Below the pieces are notes generated by a model, which was not told the DNA's origin, searched no databases, and worked only from the letters and a program-made list of their open reading frames with translations. 64,000 bases of DNA, taken from positions 1,312,001-1,376,000 of the forward strand of contig CAVUVW010000013.1 of the NCBI GenBank assembly GCA_963745035.1, given 5' to 3'. Source of the stretch: an uncultured delta proteobacterium (lineage in GTDB: Bacteria > Desulfobacterota > Binatia > UBA9968). This document shows positions 9,782 through 20,390 of the stretch, in pieces; positions within the stretch are counted from its first letter, which is position 1; each line of letters begins with the position of its first letter. The position numbers were made by a program, and so were the translations under genes.

Positions 9782-10953
9782 TCACCACGCCTGTTCCAAC
9801 ACTTCGAGAACCTGCGCGGCGGCGGTGACGGGCTTGGGATTAGTGTGAATGCTGTAATCATCGAGCGCGTCGACGGCGAGTTGCCGCAAACCATCGCGCG
9901 GCACGCCCAGTTCGCGCAGTTTGAGCGGCAGCCCCATGCGTTGATTCATGCCGTAAACATATTCGGGAACCGCGGCGGCCAGCTTTCTTGATCGGCGCCG
10001 TCGATGCCGATCTCACGGCCCATGCGCGCGTGCGCATCGATGGTGGCGTCGAGATTCCAGCGCATCGCATAGGGCAGCATTAGCGCATGGATCTCCGCAT
10101 GCGGCGCTTTGTAGCGTCCGCCGACCACGTGCACGATCGCGTGATGGATGCCGGTCCAGGCGCTGTAAACGCCCATGCCGGAAAGGCAAGCCGCCACTTG
10201 CACGTGGCTCAAGGCTTCGAGATCGCGCGAATCCGCCACCGCGCGCGGCAGGTAGCGCGCAATCAAGCCGATACCGCGCAGACAGTACGCCTCCGTCATC
10301 GGCTGGGTCTCCGTGGAATAAACCGCCTCGACGCAGTGCGCCAGCGCATTCATGCCGGAAGCGGCCAGCAATCTGCCGGGCGCGGTCGCCGCCGCCTCGG
10401 GATCGAGGAGAACCGTGCGCGGCGCGAGCTTGGGATCGGCGACAATGTATTTCTTGCCACCTTCGCTGATCCCGGCCGAATAGCTGTACTCGCCGCCGGA
10501 GAGCGTCGTCGGGATCGCGATGTGCGGCAGCTTCGGCGCGGGCATGGGCGGGACCTCTTTTTTATTCGGCGGCGTGAAGCGCACGCCGAAGCGCGGCAGC
10601 GCGCCGCCCTCTGCAAGCAAAGCCGCCACGCCCTTGGCGGTATCGATGGCGCTGCCGCCGCCGACGCTGACCAGCGAGTCAATCCGCGCCTCACGCGCGC
10701 GTTCGACCGCTCTGGCAATCGAATCCGTCGGCGAGTGCGGTTTTACTGCATCGAAGATCGCCGCGCACCTGGCGCCGAGACTGGATTTAATCCGCTCCAG
10801 CAAAAACGTCCTGGCGACCGACGGCGAGATCACGACTAAAGCGCGAGTTCCGCCGACCCTGTCGATCTCCTCGGCCAATTTGCCGATCGCCCCGGCGCCC
10901 GAGATGATGCGCTCGACCCGGGGGTTGTTAAACGTGAAAGTGGCGCCCGCCAT
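9782..10953 (-). CDS. Iron-containing alcohol dehydrogenase, maleylacetate-reductase-like (frameshift near 9985)
   Basis: GGGSAID, PTTLSG, NALAHCVEA, HHAIVH; C-terminus ...TNPKP...LEQAW* in another frame. Confidence 0.85.
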
Positions 10954-10962
10954 CTTGTTTGC

Positions 10963-12022
10963 TTATTTTAAAATGTCTTTCAGCCGCCCGACCAGCGCGG
11001 GCTCGAGACGGAGCAGCTCTCTGACGTTGCGCTCTAGCTCCTCGCCCGATCCCGGATTGAATTCCAGATTAGCCTTGCCCGCTTCAGTTGAGCAGCTCGG
11101 GATCTTTAACGGTTTCCATGAACGCTTTGCGCAGAATATCCACTCGATCCTTGGGCGTGCCCGGCGGTAAAACGTAGGGCCGCACCGCCGCGCCGTGAGC
11201 TTGAGCGACCGCCTGAATGAGCTTGCGTGCTTCGTCGCTCTTCGCCAGATTGAACGCGAGCGGCACCTTGGGGAGATCCGCATGCGGCTTCGCGCTGAGC
11301 TGCAGCACGATCGTCACTTCACCGTTTTCGAGCTCCTTGCGCCACGTTGAGCGAAACGATTGCCAGGAGTTGCTGAGGCCGCCGACCTCGCCGCCGTTGA
11401 ACGCCAGGCGAATCGGCGCGGTGCCTTTGTATCCCGACACGACCTGAATCGGTAAGTTGAGAGCGACCTCGGCAACCTTAGCGGTGTCGTAGGTGCCGTC
11501 GCCGGCGGAGATGGCGCCGAACTTGACCGGCGTTTTCGCCGCCAAGAATTGCTCCACGTTGGTGATGCCGGTGGTCTTGGCCACGCCGAAGACGAAGTTG
11601 TCCTGCGCCGGCACGCCGATGTATTCGAACTTGAGCGCATCGAACTCGATGCCCGGCTTGCCGAGGAGCTGCTGCAGAAACTGCCCACCGACGAAATGAC
11701 CGATGGTGAGGCCGTCGGGCTTGGCGACTTTGAAAAGATGATTCGCCGAAACCAAACCGCCCGCGCCCGGCATGTTGTCGACGACGATCGTCGGATTGCC
11801 GGGAATATGCTTGGAGAAATGGCGGGCGATCAGGCGAGTGTAGGTATCGTAGCCGCCTCCGGGCGAGGTGCCGACGATGATGCGAATCGCTTTCCCCTCG
11901 TAAAACGGCGCAGCGCCGTAGACCGGCAGCCCGCTCGCCGCCAAAAAAATCGACAGAAAAACCAGAGCCGTCGTCAAACGCAGCATCGTTGGGAACCATC
12001 CTCTGAGAATTCTATCCGACAT
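10963..12022 (-). CDS. Tripartite tricarboxylate transporter substrate-binding protein (Bug/TctC) (frameshift near 11085)
   Basis: FYEGKAIRIIVGTSPGGGYD, NMPGAGG, YKGTA. Confidence 0.85.
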
Positions 12023-12090
12023 TTCCGCCCCTCCAAATATGACGAGTCCTGATTTGAAAAATGATCAGCGGCCGCCACAAACTTGTCGCG

Positions 12091-12905
12091 CTAGCGCGAG
12101 AGCGCGGTCTTGGAATTTCCGGGGAACAGGCCATGCTTGGTGAGAAACTCGATCATGAAGCGATTGAATAGCCACGGCTGCTCGATCTGGCAGGCGTGGC
12201 CCGCTCCGGGCAAAGTCTTCAACTCGCAATTGGGTACGAGCTTCTGCAAAGCGAAGGCGCGCTGATGAGAGTTGTCTTCGCTGCCGGTGAGAATGATCAT
12301 CGGACAGCGAATATTTTCGTGATGGCCCTCGGGGTACGGCGCCGACAGTGCTTTGAACTGATGAATGATCGTCTCGACGTCGGCGTGCTCGTTGCGATCG
12401 GTGAACAGGTTGGCGAAGAAATGCGCCAGCGGCGTGGTGCGAAACGCGGCGCTGAAGTCCTCGAACGTGTAAGCCCAGCGATAGTCCACGCCTTGTTTGC
12501 GCATAATTCTCGATGCGCCCCTTGGTGAATTCCTTGGTCGGATTGTAGCCTGTGCCCGCCAATACCAACGCCGCGGTCTTGCTTCGGCCGCTGGTGGTAC
12601 ATGTACGGCGCGATCGAAGATCCCACCGAGCAGCCGACCAGAGTCGCGCTCTCGCCCGCCGCGGCATCGTCGATCGCTTCCCAGCAGGCCTGCGCCATGT
12701 CGGTCATGGTCAAACCGGCGTCCGCTTTGGGCGAGCGGCCGTATCCCGGAATGTCGATTGCGATGCAGCGATACCAGGTCGACAGATGCGCCATCTGAAA
12801 TATCCAACACGACTGGTCCATCGGGTTAGGATGGATGAATGCGATCACCGGCCCCGAGCGTCCCATGCGCTCGTAGTAAAGCGGTCCGTGAATATGATCG
12901 GCCAT
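12091..12905 (-). CDS. Alpha/beta fold hydrolase (frameshifted near 12500-12580)
   Basis: DIPGYGRS, GCSVG nucleophile elbow, GSED, AGHACQIEQP. Confidence 0.85.
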
Positions 12906-12944
12906 GATGTCCTCCTCATTATTTTTTCGATCGGGAGAAAAAAA

Positions 12945-13998
12945 CTACTTCGGCGCCTCGTGCGCGAGGCGCTTGTACATGCTCATGATCTCCGGGCGCC
13001 AGTCGGTGTAGAGCTTCACGTCTTCAAGGACTTCCTTGCCGCTGAACATTTGCTCGAAGGTATTTCCTTCCAGCACAACGTCTTCCCAGTCCTTGCGGAA
13101 CGCCGGATCTTTGCCGGTCTTCAGCAGCGCGTCTTCCATGATCTTGCGGATCGACTCGGGAGTTCCCGGCGGGAACGCCATGGCGGCGCCCAACCGGTCG
13201 GTGGAGTTGATCTTCTGGATAATATTTTTTTGCGTGTCGGTCTTGGCGAACTGCATGATCGAGGGGACGCCGTCGAACAGCGCATGTTTCACCGGCGGCA
13301 GTTCTTCCGGCAGGGTCATGGCGAGTAGCGCAACGACCTCGCGCTTGGCGAACCATTCGGGCTTGTCGGTCATCATGGAAGCCGCGTCGTTCACCCGTCC
13401 CTCCACTTCACCCTGCTCCATCGCGACGTAGAGCTGCAGCGTATCGTAGCCCAGCACCCAGCGAACTTTGAGGCCCAACACTTCGGCGATGAGGCGCGAA
13501 TAGAGATAACTGCGATTGCCCACCCCTTGCGCCCCGAGCGTCACTTCCCGCTTTCTTAAGTCGTCCAGGGTTTTGATTCCCGCTCGTTGATGCATGAAAA
13601 GAACGTTGCGCTGTTTGCCGGTGCTCGGCGCGCCGACGTAGACGAAGTTGCGCGGCTCGTAAGTCGCGCCGGGCGCGCCGAAGTACGGCGCTTCCAAATA
13701 GGACGAAATCACCATCGACATGAAGCTGCCGTCGGCCGGCGCTTTACTCAAAGCGAGCATCGCCGGAATACCCTGGCCGCCGGACTTGTTTTGAATCAAG
13801 AATGCCGGACTGCCCGGAGTATATTTTGTCAAATACCTGGCCAGGGTTCGCGCGATGCGATCCTGTCTTCCGCCCGCCTGGGCGCCGACCTGTAGAGCGA
13901 TGGTCTTCCCCTGGAAGTATGCTTGTTCGGCAGCGTCGAATCTTTACCGGCGATGCGAACAACACGAATAGAATTCACAACAACCAATGCGCTCTCAT
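12945..13998 (-). CDS. Bug/TctC family substrate-binding protein (N-terminus disrupted)
   Basis: YFQGKTIALQVGAQAGGRQD...QNKSGG; RBS GAGGAG at ATG13998; in-frame TGA at codon 8 and frameshift near 13940. Confidence 0.75.
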
Positions 13999-14083
13999 TA
14001 TTCTTCGACTCCTCGAATCGTTTACGTTCAGATTAGGGATTGTGCGATTCATGAATTGTAGCCCGTAGCTATGTCTTCAACTT

Positions 14084-15142
14084 CTAGATCGAAAACGGCG
14101 AGAAATTTCTCGCTCCGCTCGAAATGACAACACGCTTTACCTCGGCGCCGTAGAGTTTATCGATAAATCCACTGTCATCGAGCTCTTTGATGAAACGCAA
14201 TTCCGCGAAATCCTGCGGCTTCGCTGTTTTCGCCTTTGGATCTTTTTCGCCGAGCGAGTCGAGAATCATCTTGATTCCATCCAACGTCGGATACTGTTTG
14301 CGCGGCAGGATATTTTCGGCAATGGCGCGGTCGTAAGTTTTTTCCAAAATTTCGCGGTCCGTCAATCCGCCCATGTACTTTGCCAGGACGCGAATGCCGC
14401 CCTCACGATCGGTCTTGAGCCGATGCACCGCTTCGACATGCGCTTTAATGTAAGCGCGCACGACTTCGGGCCGCTCGCGGATGAATTTTCGCGTGGTAGC
14501 CACGCCTGTGTGTTGATAAGGCAGACCGAGCGCGGCGACGTCAGCCAAAACATTGAAGCCTTTTTTCTGCGCCGCAAAAGTACTCGGGGGCACGTGCACC
14601 GTCGCCTGCACCCGATTGCTTTCGAGTCCGGCCTGGCGCGTCGCCGGATTGCCGAGCTGCACGAAGGCGACATCCTTATCCGGCACCAGCCCGATCTTTT
14701 GCAGCGCGAAGCGCGCGACAAAATCGCTCGCCGTGCCGAAGCTGCTGATCGCCACCGCGCCGCCCTTGAGCTGCGCGGGCGTTTTAATCTCGGGCCGGCT
14801 CAGGAGCCACCAATCCAGAGTGACCGTACCGCCTGCAACCATGACAGTATCGGATCCGCCGAGCGCGCTGTTGATAATGCCGATGCCGGCGATTTGCGAG
14901 ATCGGTGTATCTCCCGCCACCAAAGCCATGATCGGCACGTTACCGGTCAACATGACGATCTGCGCGTCGAGCCCGTTTTTCGCCAACAAGCCGGCGTCTT
15001 TGGCCATCCAGATCGGCAAATGCGCGGAGCTCATCGACGCGTAACCCGCGCTCAGTTTCGCTGAACCTTGCGGATAAACATTCGCCGGCGAGAAGACAAA
15101 CCAGCTCAAGAAAAGTAGAAAGCAGATTTTCCGACAGTCCAT
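14084..15142 (-). CDS. ABC transporter substrate-binding protein (SsuA/NMT1-like)
   Basis: Signal peptide; IWMAKDAG, LKGGAVAISSFG, ELDDSGFIDKLY. Confidence 0.85.
   Translation of the reverse strand: MDCRKICFLLFLSWFVFSPANVYPQGSAKLSAGYASMSSAHLPIWMAKDAGLLAKNGLDAQIVMLTGNVPIMALVAGDTPISQIAGIGIINSALGGSDTVMVAGGTVTLDWWLLSRPEIKTPAQLKGGAVAISSFGTASDFVARFALQKIGLVPDKDVAFVQLGNPATRQAGLESNRVQATVHVPPSTFAAQKKGFNVLADVAALGLPYQHTGVATTRKFIRERPEVVRAYIKAHVEAVHRLKTDREGGIRVLAKYMGGLTDREILEKTYDRAIAENILPRKQYPTLDGIKMILDSLGEKDPKAKTAKPQDFAELRFIKELDDSGFIDKLYGAEVKRVVISSGARNFSPFSI
14098..14130. repeat. Short palindromic REP-like element (GTCATTTCGAGCGGAGCGAGAAAT on minus strand)
   Basis: Palindrome CGAGAAATTTCTCG plus adjacent CGCTCCGCTCG, overlapping the 3' end of the SBP gene. 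Confidence 0.45.
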
Positions 15143-15246
15143 CGGCGCCTCCCCAGGATTGACTCGAACGGTTCGAGCCGAATCTAACATGGCCCTATTC
15201 GCGGAATCAAAGAAATGCGTAGTTTCCCGAAGCGCCCCGCAGGATA

Positions 15247-16011
15247 TCAAATAATCCGCGCCACGCGCTTGCCTTGCATGATTTCCGTGTCGTGGTTGGG
15301 AAAAGCGAGATCAGGCCGCGCCGCCGTAGTCAGGGCGCGGTCGAGCGCGACTACGGTATCACCCAAATGGTAGTACCAGCCCACAGGATGGCGGTCGCGA
15401 ATGTTTTTGAACGTGTACGCGATGTCGCCGCAGAGCACGGCCCTGCCGGCCGCGGTGTCCAGCGCCACCATCTGCGACCCGGGCGTGTGGCCGCCGGCCT
15501 TCAGCAGCTCCAGCCCGGGGTAAAGTTCGAAGTCGCCATCGACCAGCTCGATGCGGCCGTCCTGTTTTAGTTTTTCCAGCGCCGGGCGCACCCGCGGACG
15601 AATTTGCCTGTCGAAAATCTCGTGGCGCATCAGCGGTCCCGTCCAAAATTCCAATTCGGCCCGCTGGATGGCGAATTTTGCCACGGGAAAATAATCCAGG
15701 CCGGTGAAATGATCCTGATGAAAATGGGTGACGATGACGGTTTTGACTTCCTCGGCTTTGACGCCGATCTCCCTGAGCAGGGCGGGCGGCTCGATGAAAT
15801 TTTTTCCCTGCGCCCACTCCGGCGCAACGTAGTCGGGATGGTAACCGGTATCGACGACGACCGGACCTCTCGGTCCGTCGATGAGCCAGAAAATATAGGC
15901 AACCGGTTTATCGCGCTCCAAATCGCTGCGCACGCAGGGCATGATCCCCGCGCGCCACCAGTTCTCGCTCATGCCCACCATCAGCGCGTGAATTGTGTGA
16001 TTTGAGGTCAT
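15247..16011 (-). CDS. N-acyl homoserine lactonase-like MBL-fold hydrolase
   Basis: VDTG, HFHQDH, GGHTPG, CGD, PNHD motifs. Confidence 0.85.
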   Translation of the reverse strand: MTSNHTIHALMVGMSENWWRAGIMPCVRSDLERDKPVAYIFWLIDGPRGPVVVDTGYHPDYVAPEWAQGKNFIEPPALLREIGVKAEEVKTVIVTHFHQDHFTGLDYFPVAKFAIQRAELEFWTGPLMRHEIFDRQIRPRVRPALEKLKQDGRIELVDGDFELYPGLELLKAGGHTPGSQMVALDTAAGRAVLCGDIAYTFKNIRDRHPVGWYYHLGDTVVALDRALTTAARPDLAFPNHDTEIMQGKRVARII

Positions 16012-16399
16012 CCTCGAACTTCTCCTCTTGGCGCACAGCGGTCGTTGGTTTTGACTAAGGCGAGGGGAGATCTCTGAACAAAAATCCCTCCATCTCCCTT
16101 TGACAAAGGAGGATGTCAATTGATCTTGGTGATCCGAAGAATTGTTTTGACAAAGGTCACGAAGGGATCATGAGCGACGCGCGCCCACAGAGAATGAAAA
16201 GGGAGATATGTCGCTGCGTCTTTTCCACCTCCTTTCCTTTGACGGGGAAAGGGGGAATGGGGTATCGAATTAAATGAATCACCCCTACCTTTGTCCTGCA
16301 TCCAAGGGGAAGAATAGGGTTGGTGGTTTCATGGTGAGCCAAAGGACAGGCCTCACTCTTGAAGGAAGCTAACTCGGACGGTTTCTGCGCGTCCGGTCG

Positions 16400-17518
16400 T
16401 TATCCACTTTGAGCGCGCATGTCGGCCGCGAGCAGGTGAACCGCGGTCCAGGCGAGTATCGGATGGGCGCCGGCCTTGGCGACCGTAAGCGGCTCCAAGC
16501 TCTTCACCGCGGTGATTTCCTCCGGGCGGAGCTGATACTCGGCGAACATGGAGTCCGCGTCCTTCGCAAAGCGATGTCGCTCGTCCGCGTTCATCCGCAG
16601 AGCATAAAGCAGTCGATTGAGATTGTACGCTTCGGGCTCGGGAAATTTGTAATAACGATAGCCGGCTGATGAAGTTTTATCGGGTTTTGGCAGGGAACTC
16701 ATGAGTGGCGCTCCCTCGAGCGGCGTGGCGAGCGGAAAGTTGATGACTCCCAGACCGTGATGCCAGGTGGGCTGGTAGGACAAAACCTCGCCGCGCTGGT
16801 TGCCGATCGCACCGAAGACCACATACCAGGTCAGCAACTCGGTTTCGCCGGTCTCGTCGAGCTTTTCCGACGTCAGGTTCAATAGCGAAGATTGATCGCC
16901 GCGCTCCATAACCTCGAGAAGATAGCGGTCGAATTCGAAGTCGGGATAGCCGTATTTATCCGTGCCCGGATAGTGCGACATGCCGCCGCTGGCCAAGATG
17001 GCCACTCGCTCGCCGCGCTCGGCGACTATTTCTGCGATACAGCGTCCGAGTTGATAAGCCCGATGCGGCTGCGGCAAGGGCGGCACATAAACATTGACGA
17101 ACACCGGCACGATAGGAATCCGGCGCTGCTCGAGGATGAACTCAAAAGGCACGACAAACGCGTGGCCCATGAACGCCTTGTGGCAGAAGGCCATGTCGAT
17201 GTCGCGTTTGAGACAGCCGTCAAGCATTGCGCGAGCCAGCTCCTGGTGCACTGCCACGCGGTACTGTTTGCGCCCGAATGAACCGGCGACCTCCGGTCCG
17301 ACGACCACAGCAAAGGCGGGCGAGACGTCCAGCGAAAAAGCTTCGAGATGATCCAGACCGACGACGATTAAGGCATCCGGCTTCGTCTCGTCGAGAATCC
17401 GCCCGAGCCGGCGCATCCCCTCGATGGTCGCGTCGAGTTGGGCCGGGTCCTCGCCTGGCTGGCGCAGGAAAAGCGCCGGCGCGTGACAGGAAACCATCGA
17501 GGCAACGATCTGTCCCAT
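16400..17518 (-). CDS. Class III extradiol ring-cleavage dioxygenase, LigB domain with C-terminal LigA-like domain
   Basis: SCHAP, LDHLEAF, GHAF, SGGMSHYP; C-terminal YNLNRLLY...FAEYQL..EE...GAHP. Confidence 0.85.
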   Translation of the reverse strand: MGQIVASMVSCHAPALFLRQPGEDPAQLDATIEGMRRLGRILDETKPDALIVVGLDHLEAFSLDVSPAFAVVVGPEVAGSFGRKQYRVAVHQELARAMLDGCLKRDIDMAFCHKAFMGHAFVVPFEFILEQRRIPIVPVFVNVYVPPLPQPHRAYQLGRCIAEIVAERGERVAILASGGMSHYPGTDKYGYPDFEFDRYLLEVMERGDQSSLLNLTSEKLDETGETELLTWYVVFGAIGNQRGEVLSYQPTWHHGLGVINFPLATPLEGAPLMSSLPKPDKTSSAGYRYYKFPEPEAYNLNRLLYALRMNADERHRFAKDADSMFAEYQLRPEEITAVKSLEPLTVAKAGAHPILAWTAVHLLAADMRAQSG

Positions 17519-17549
17519 GAGACCTCCTCGCGCCGAAGATTCGACGGGA

Positions 17550-18443
17550 TCAGCCGTGCGCGGAGACCGCACGGTCGTAATCGGGTGCGCCGACCTGCCC
17601 TTCCGGAAAGAGCTTTTCTTGTTCCATCCAGCGATGAGTTTGCTCGAACATCTCGCGCGTATACGGCTCGAATACCAGCCGCTCCCCAGGTCCGAACGCG
17701 CCGACATCGATCATGGCGTGATATTTTTCCGGCAATTCTTTCAGGAAGTAGTGTTTATAGCGCTCCGGCTCGAGGTCGATATCACGCTGTGCGCGCCGCA
17801 GCGCCTTGAAATAGCGATCGATATCATCGACGTTCGCATCGTTATGCAACAAAAACCCGATCATGAAAGTCGTGTCGAGAATTTTTCGGAAGCCCTGTTG
17901 TTCGGCGAGATAAAGCGGCGCGCCGAACATGTTTGCGGCCTCGACCTTGCGGTTCAACAACGCCGCCAGGCGGTCCTGCGGCTGGCCGATATACGCCAGT
18001 TTGATTTCGTCCGGCTTGAGCACCTTTTCCAGAGCCTGGATCGCCGAAAAGTAACTGCCCGAGTGATAGCCGACGCCGACTTCGATGCCGGCCAAGTCGC
18101 GCGGTTTCATAACCGAGGATTCCGGCGCAACGACGATGGCCGAGGGCGTCACCGAGTATGCGTGTCCCCACATGCGGCCGTGGCCGGAGGAAGAAGCCAT
18201 ATTGACGGCCCAGTGACACGCGCAACTTATATCGGCGGCGCGACCTTTCTCCATATTTTCGAAGGCGCCGCGCTTGACTTCCGGCGCCGCGGACTCGGCC
18301 GATTGGACAAGTCCGTAGCCGGACGCCTGCGTCGCATAGGAGGTTAGAAATTCGTAATCCAGTCCTTCGTCCCTGAAATAACCCTTTTCATCGGCGACCC
18401 ATTCTTGCAGACGTCCGTGTGGCTCTATGCGGAATTTGCTCAT
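17550..18443 (-). CDS. SBP-fold (SsuA/NMT1-like) protein lacking a signal peptide
   Basis: EKGYFRDEGLD, DLAGIEVGV; hydrophilic N-terminus MSKFRIEPHGRL. Confidence 0.75.
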   Translation of the reverse strand: MSKFRIEPHGRLQEWVADEKGYFRDEGLDYEFLTSYATQASGYGLVQSAESAAPEVKRGAFENMEKGRAADISCACHWAVNMASSSGHGRMWGHAYSVTPSAIVVAPESSVMKPRDLAGIEVGVGYHSGSYFSAIQALEKVLKPDEIKLAYIGQPQDRLAALLNRKVEAANMFGAPLYLAEQQGFRKILDTTFMIGFLLHNDANVDDIDRYFKALRRAQRDIDLEPERYKHYFLKELPEKYHAMIDVGAFGPGERLVFEPYTREMFEQTHRWMEQEKLFPEGQVGAPDYDRAVSAHG

Positions 18444-18582
18444 AAAGACCTCCGTGGGTGGATTTCGTCGGCTTATTCTAGCGTCCGTCCCGGACGATCG
18501 AGAACGAATTCGGCAAAACAAACGGCGGATCTGCTGATGAACCCTATCGAAGGCACGTACTCCATGTCAATGTCGTCTACTC

Positions 18583-18619
18583 TGTTACCGTTGACAACAT
18601 CGGGACCCGAATATAACTT
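18583..18619 (+). promoter_or_regulatory. sigma70-like promoter of the TRAP operon with an overlapping imperfect palindrome
   Basis: TTGACA (18591-96) followed by TATAACTT (18612-19); TGTTACCGTTGACA overlaps the -35. Confidence 0.4.
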
Positions 18620-18697
18620 TCCGGCTATTCAAGATTCTGGCGCTACGTTCACCAACACAAGGTGCGGGCAATCAACCAGCACCTTCAGGAGGCTCGT

Positions 18698-19727
18698 ATG
18701 CGAGAGTTTTTCTGCTCCTGCCGTTTCGTCTCCTTTGCCCTCTCGACTTTGCTTTTTTCTTTGCCGGCTTGGAAGCTTTCCTACGCCGTTGACTTGATCA
18801 TTTCTCACGCTTTTCCGGCAAGACACGTGCAACACCGCCTGTTGCTGGAGCCGTTCAAGAAAGAACTCGAAGAAAAATCGAAGGGCCGCATCAAAGTCAC
18901 GATCCATCCCGGCGGCGCGTTGGCTGCGGCGCCGGCTCATTACGAAAACGTTGTCGCCGGCGCGTTCGATATCGGCTGGACCTTGCAAGGTTACACGCCC
19001 GGTCGTTTTCCCGTAAGCGGCATCATCGAGCTGCCGTTTTTGTGGTCCTCCGCGCAGGAAGCCACACGAGTGTTCTGGCAAATGCTGGAAGAGCTGCCGG
19101 CGCTGCGGAACGAGTACCGCGACGTCAAAGTGCTCGCCACCTGGACTCATGACCTGGGCCAGCTCTACACGACGGCAAAGCCGGTGCGAACTCTGGAGGA
19201 TCTCCGCGGGCTCAAGATTCGCGCGCCCGGACCGGTTCAAGTCTCGATGCTGCGCGCGCTCGGAGCTGTGCCGGTCACCATGCCTGCGGGCGAAATTTAC
19301 GACGCGCTCGAGCGCGGCGTTGTGGATGGCCTGGTCACCGGGCTCTCGGCGATAAAGGGTTTCCGTCTGGATCAGCTAGTCAAGCATGCGACCCTGGTGA
19401 ATTCTTATGTCGCGGCCATGATCGTCGCGATGAACCAGCAAAGTTACAAAAAGCTTGCCACCGAGGATCGCGCGCTGGTCGATAGCTTGACGGGCAGGCA
19501 AATGGCTCATGCTCGGAGCCAAAAACTATGATGATGAAGCCGATGACGGTCTCGCCGCGCTGAAAAAAGCCAAAGCCAACATCTACCAGCTAGCGCCGGC
19601 TGAAACGGAAAAATGGAAGCAGGCTACGTCCCAGGTGAGCAAAGACTGGATCAAGGAGATGGAATCGAAAGGCCGTCCTGGCAAGCAAGTGCATGACAAA
19701 ATGATGAGCCTCATCGGCAAAAAGTAG
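18698..19727 (+). CDS. dctP: TRAP transporter substrate-binding protein DctP (frameshift near 19510)
   Basis: Signal peptide; SKGRIKVTIHPGGAL, DLRGLKIR, EIYDALERGVVDG. Confidence 0.9.
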
Positions 19728-19758
19728 AGTCGTCGCAACCAAGGTATAAGAGTCATTG

Positions 19759-19842
19759 CACCACAGAGGCGCAGAGAACGCAGAGTTCGGACTATTCTCA
19801 TACCAAATATTGTCTCCGGCGTCACTCTGCGCCTCCGCGGTG
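19759..19842. repeat. Intergenic inverted repeat element (CACCACAGAGGCGCAGAG ... CTCTGCGCCTCCGCGGTG)
   Basis: 18-bp arms, 16/18 complementary, between dctP and dctQ. Confidence 0.7.
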
Positions 19843-19904
19843 AAGCGGTCACGCGCATTTCCTGAACCGCTACCCAATCATACGTCTCGTCACGATCTAA
19901 CCAG

Positions 19905-20390
19905 ATGGAACGAATTTCCCTCATCATCAATCGGCTTCTTACGCATGTCGGCAGTATCGCGCTGGCAGGCCTGATGTTGCTGACCGTTGCGGACGTCTTC
20001 GGCCGCTATTTCCTGAACCGGCCGGCGCCGGGCACATTCGAGCTGACGGAGCTATTCATGGTGTTCATCGTTTTTCTCGCGTTGGGCCTGGCGCAGCACC
20101 ACAATGAGCACATTTCCCTCGATCTCGCCTACAACTATTTTTCGCCGCGCCTGAAAAAGTACACGAATATTCTAATCGATATCGTGAATCTCACCGTGAT
20201 GGCTGCGGTGACCTGGCAGCTTTACGAATACTCGGCGCGCATGGGCGACGGCAACTATACGACCGCAGTGCTGCAATTGCCGATCCGACCTTTCGTCGTC
20301 GTCGCGTTGGCCGGCACGGCGGCCTATGTGCTCGCCATTCTCTGCGACCTAATCAAATCGATCGGAAAATTTCGCACAGAACCATCATGA
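19905..20390 (+). CDS. dctQ: TRAP transporter small permease DctQ
   Basis: DVFGRY, EHISLD, four TM segments. Confidence 0.9.
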   Translation: MERISLIINRLLTHVGSIALAGLMLLTVADVFGRYFLNRPAPGTFELTELFMVFIVFLALGLAQHHNEHISLDLAYNYFSPRLKKYTNILIDIVNLTVMAAVTWQLYEYSARMGDGNYTTAVLQLPIRPFVVVALAGTAAYVLAILCDLIKSIGKFRTEPS

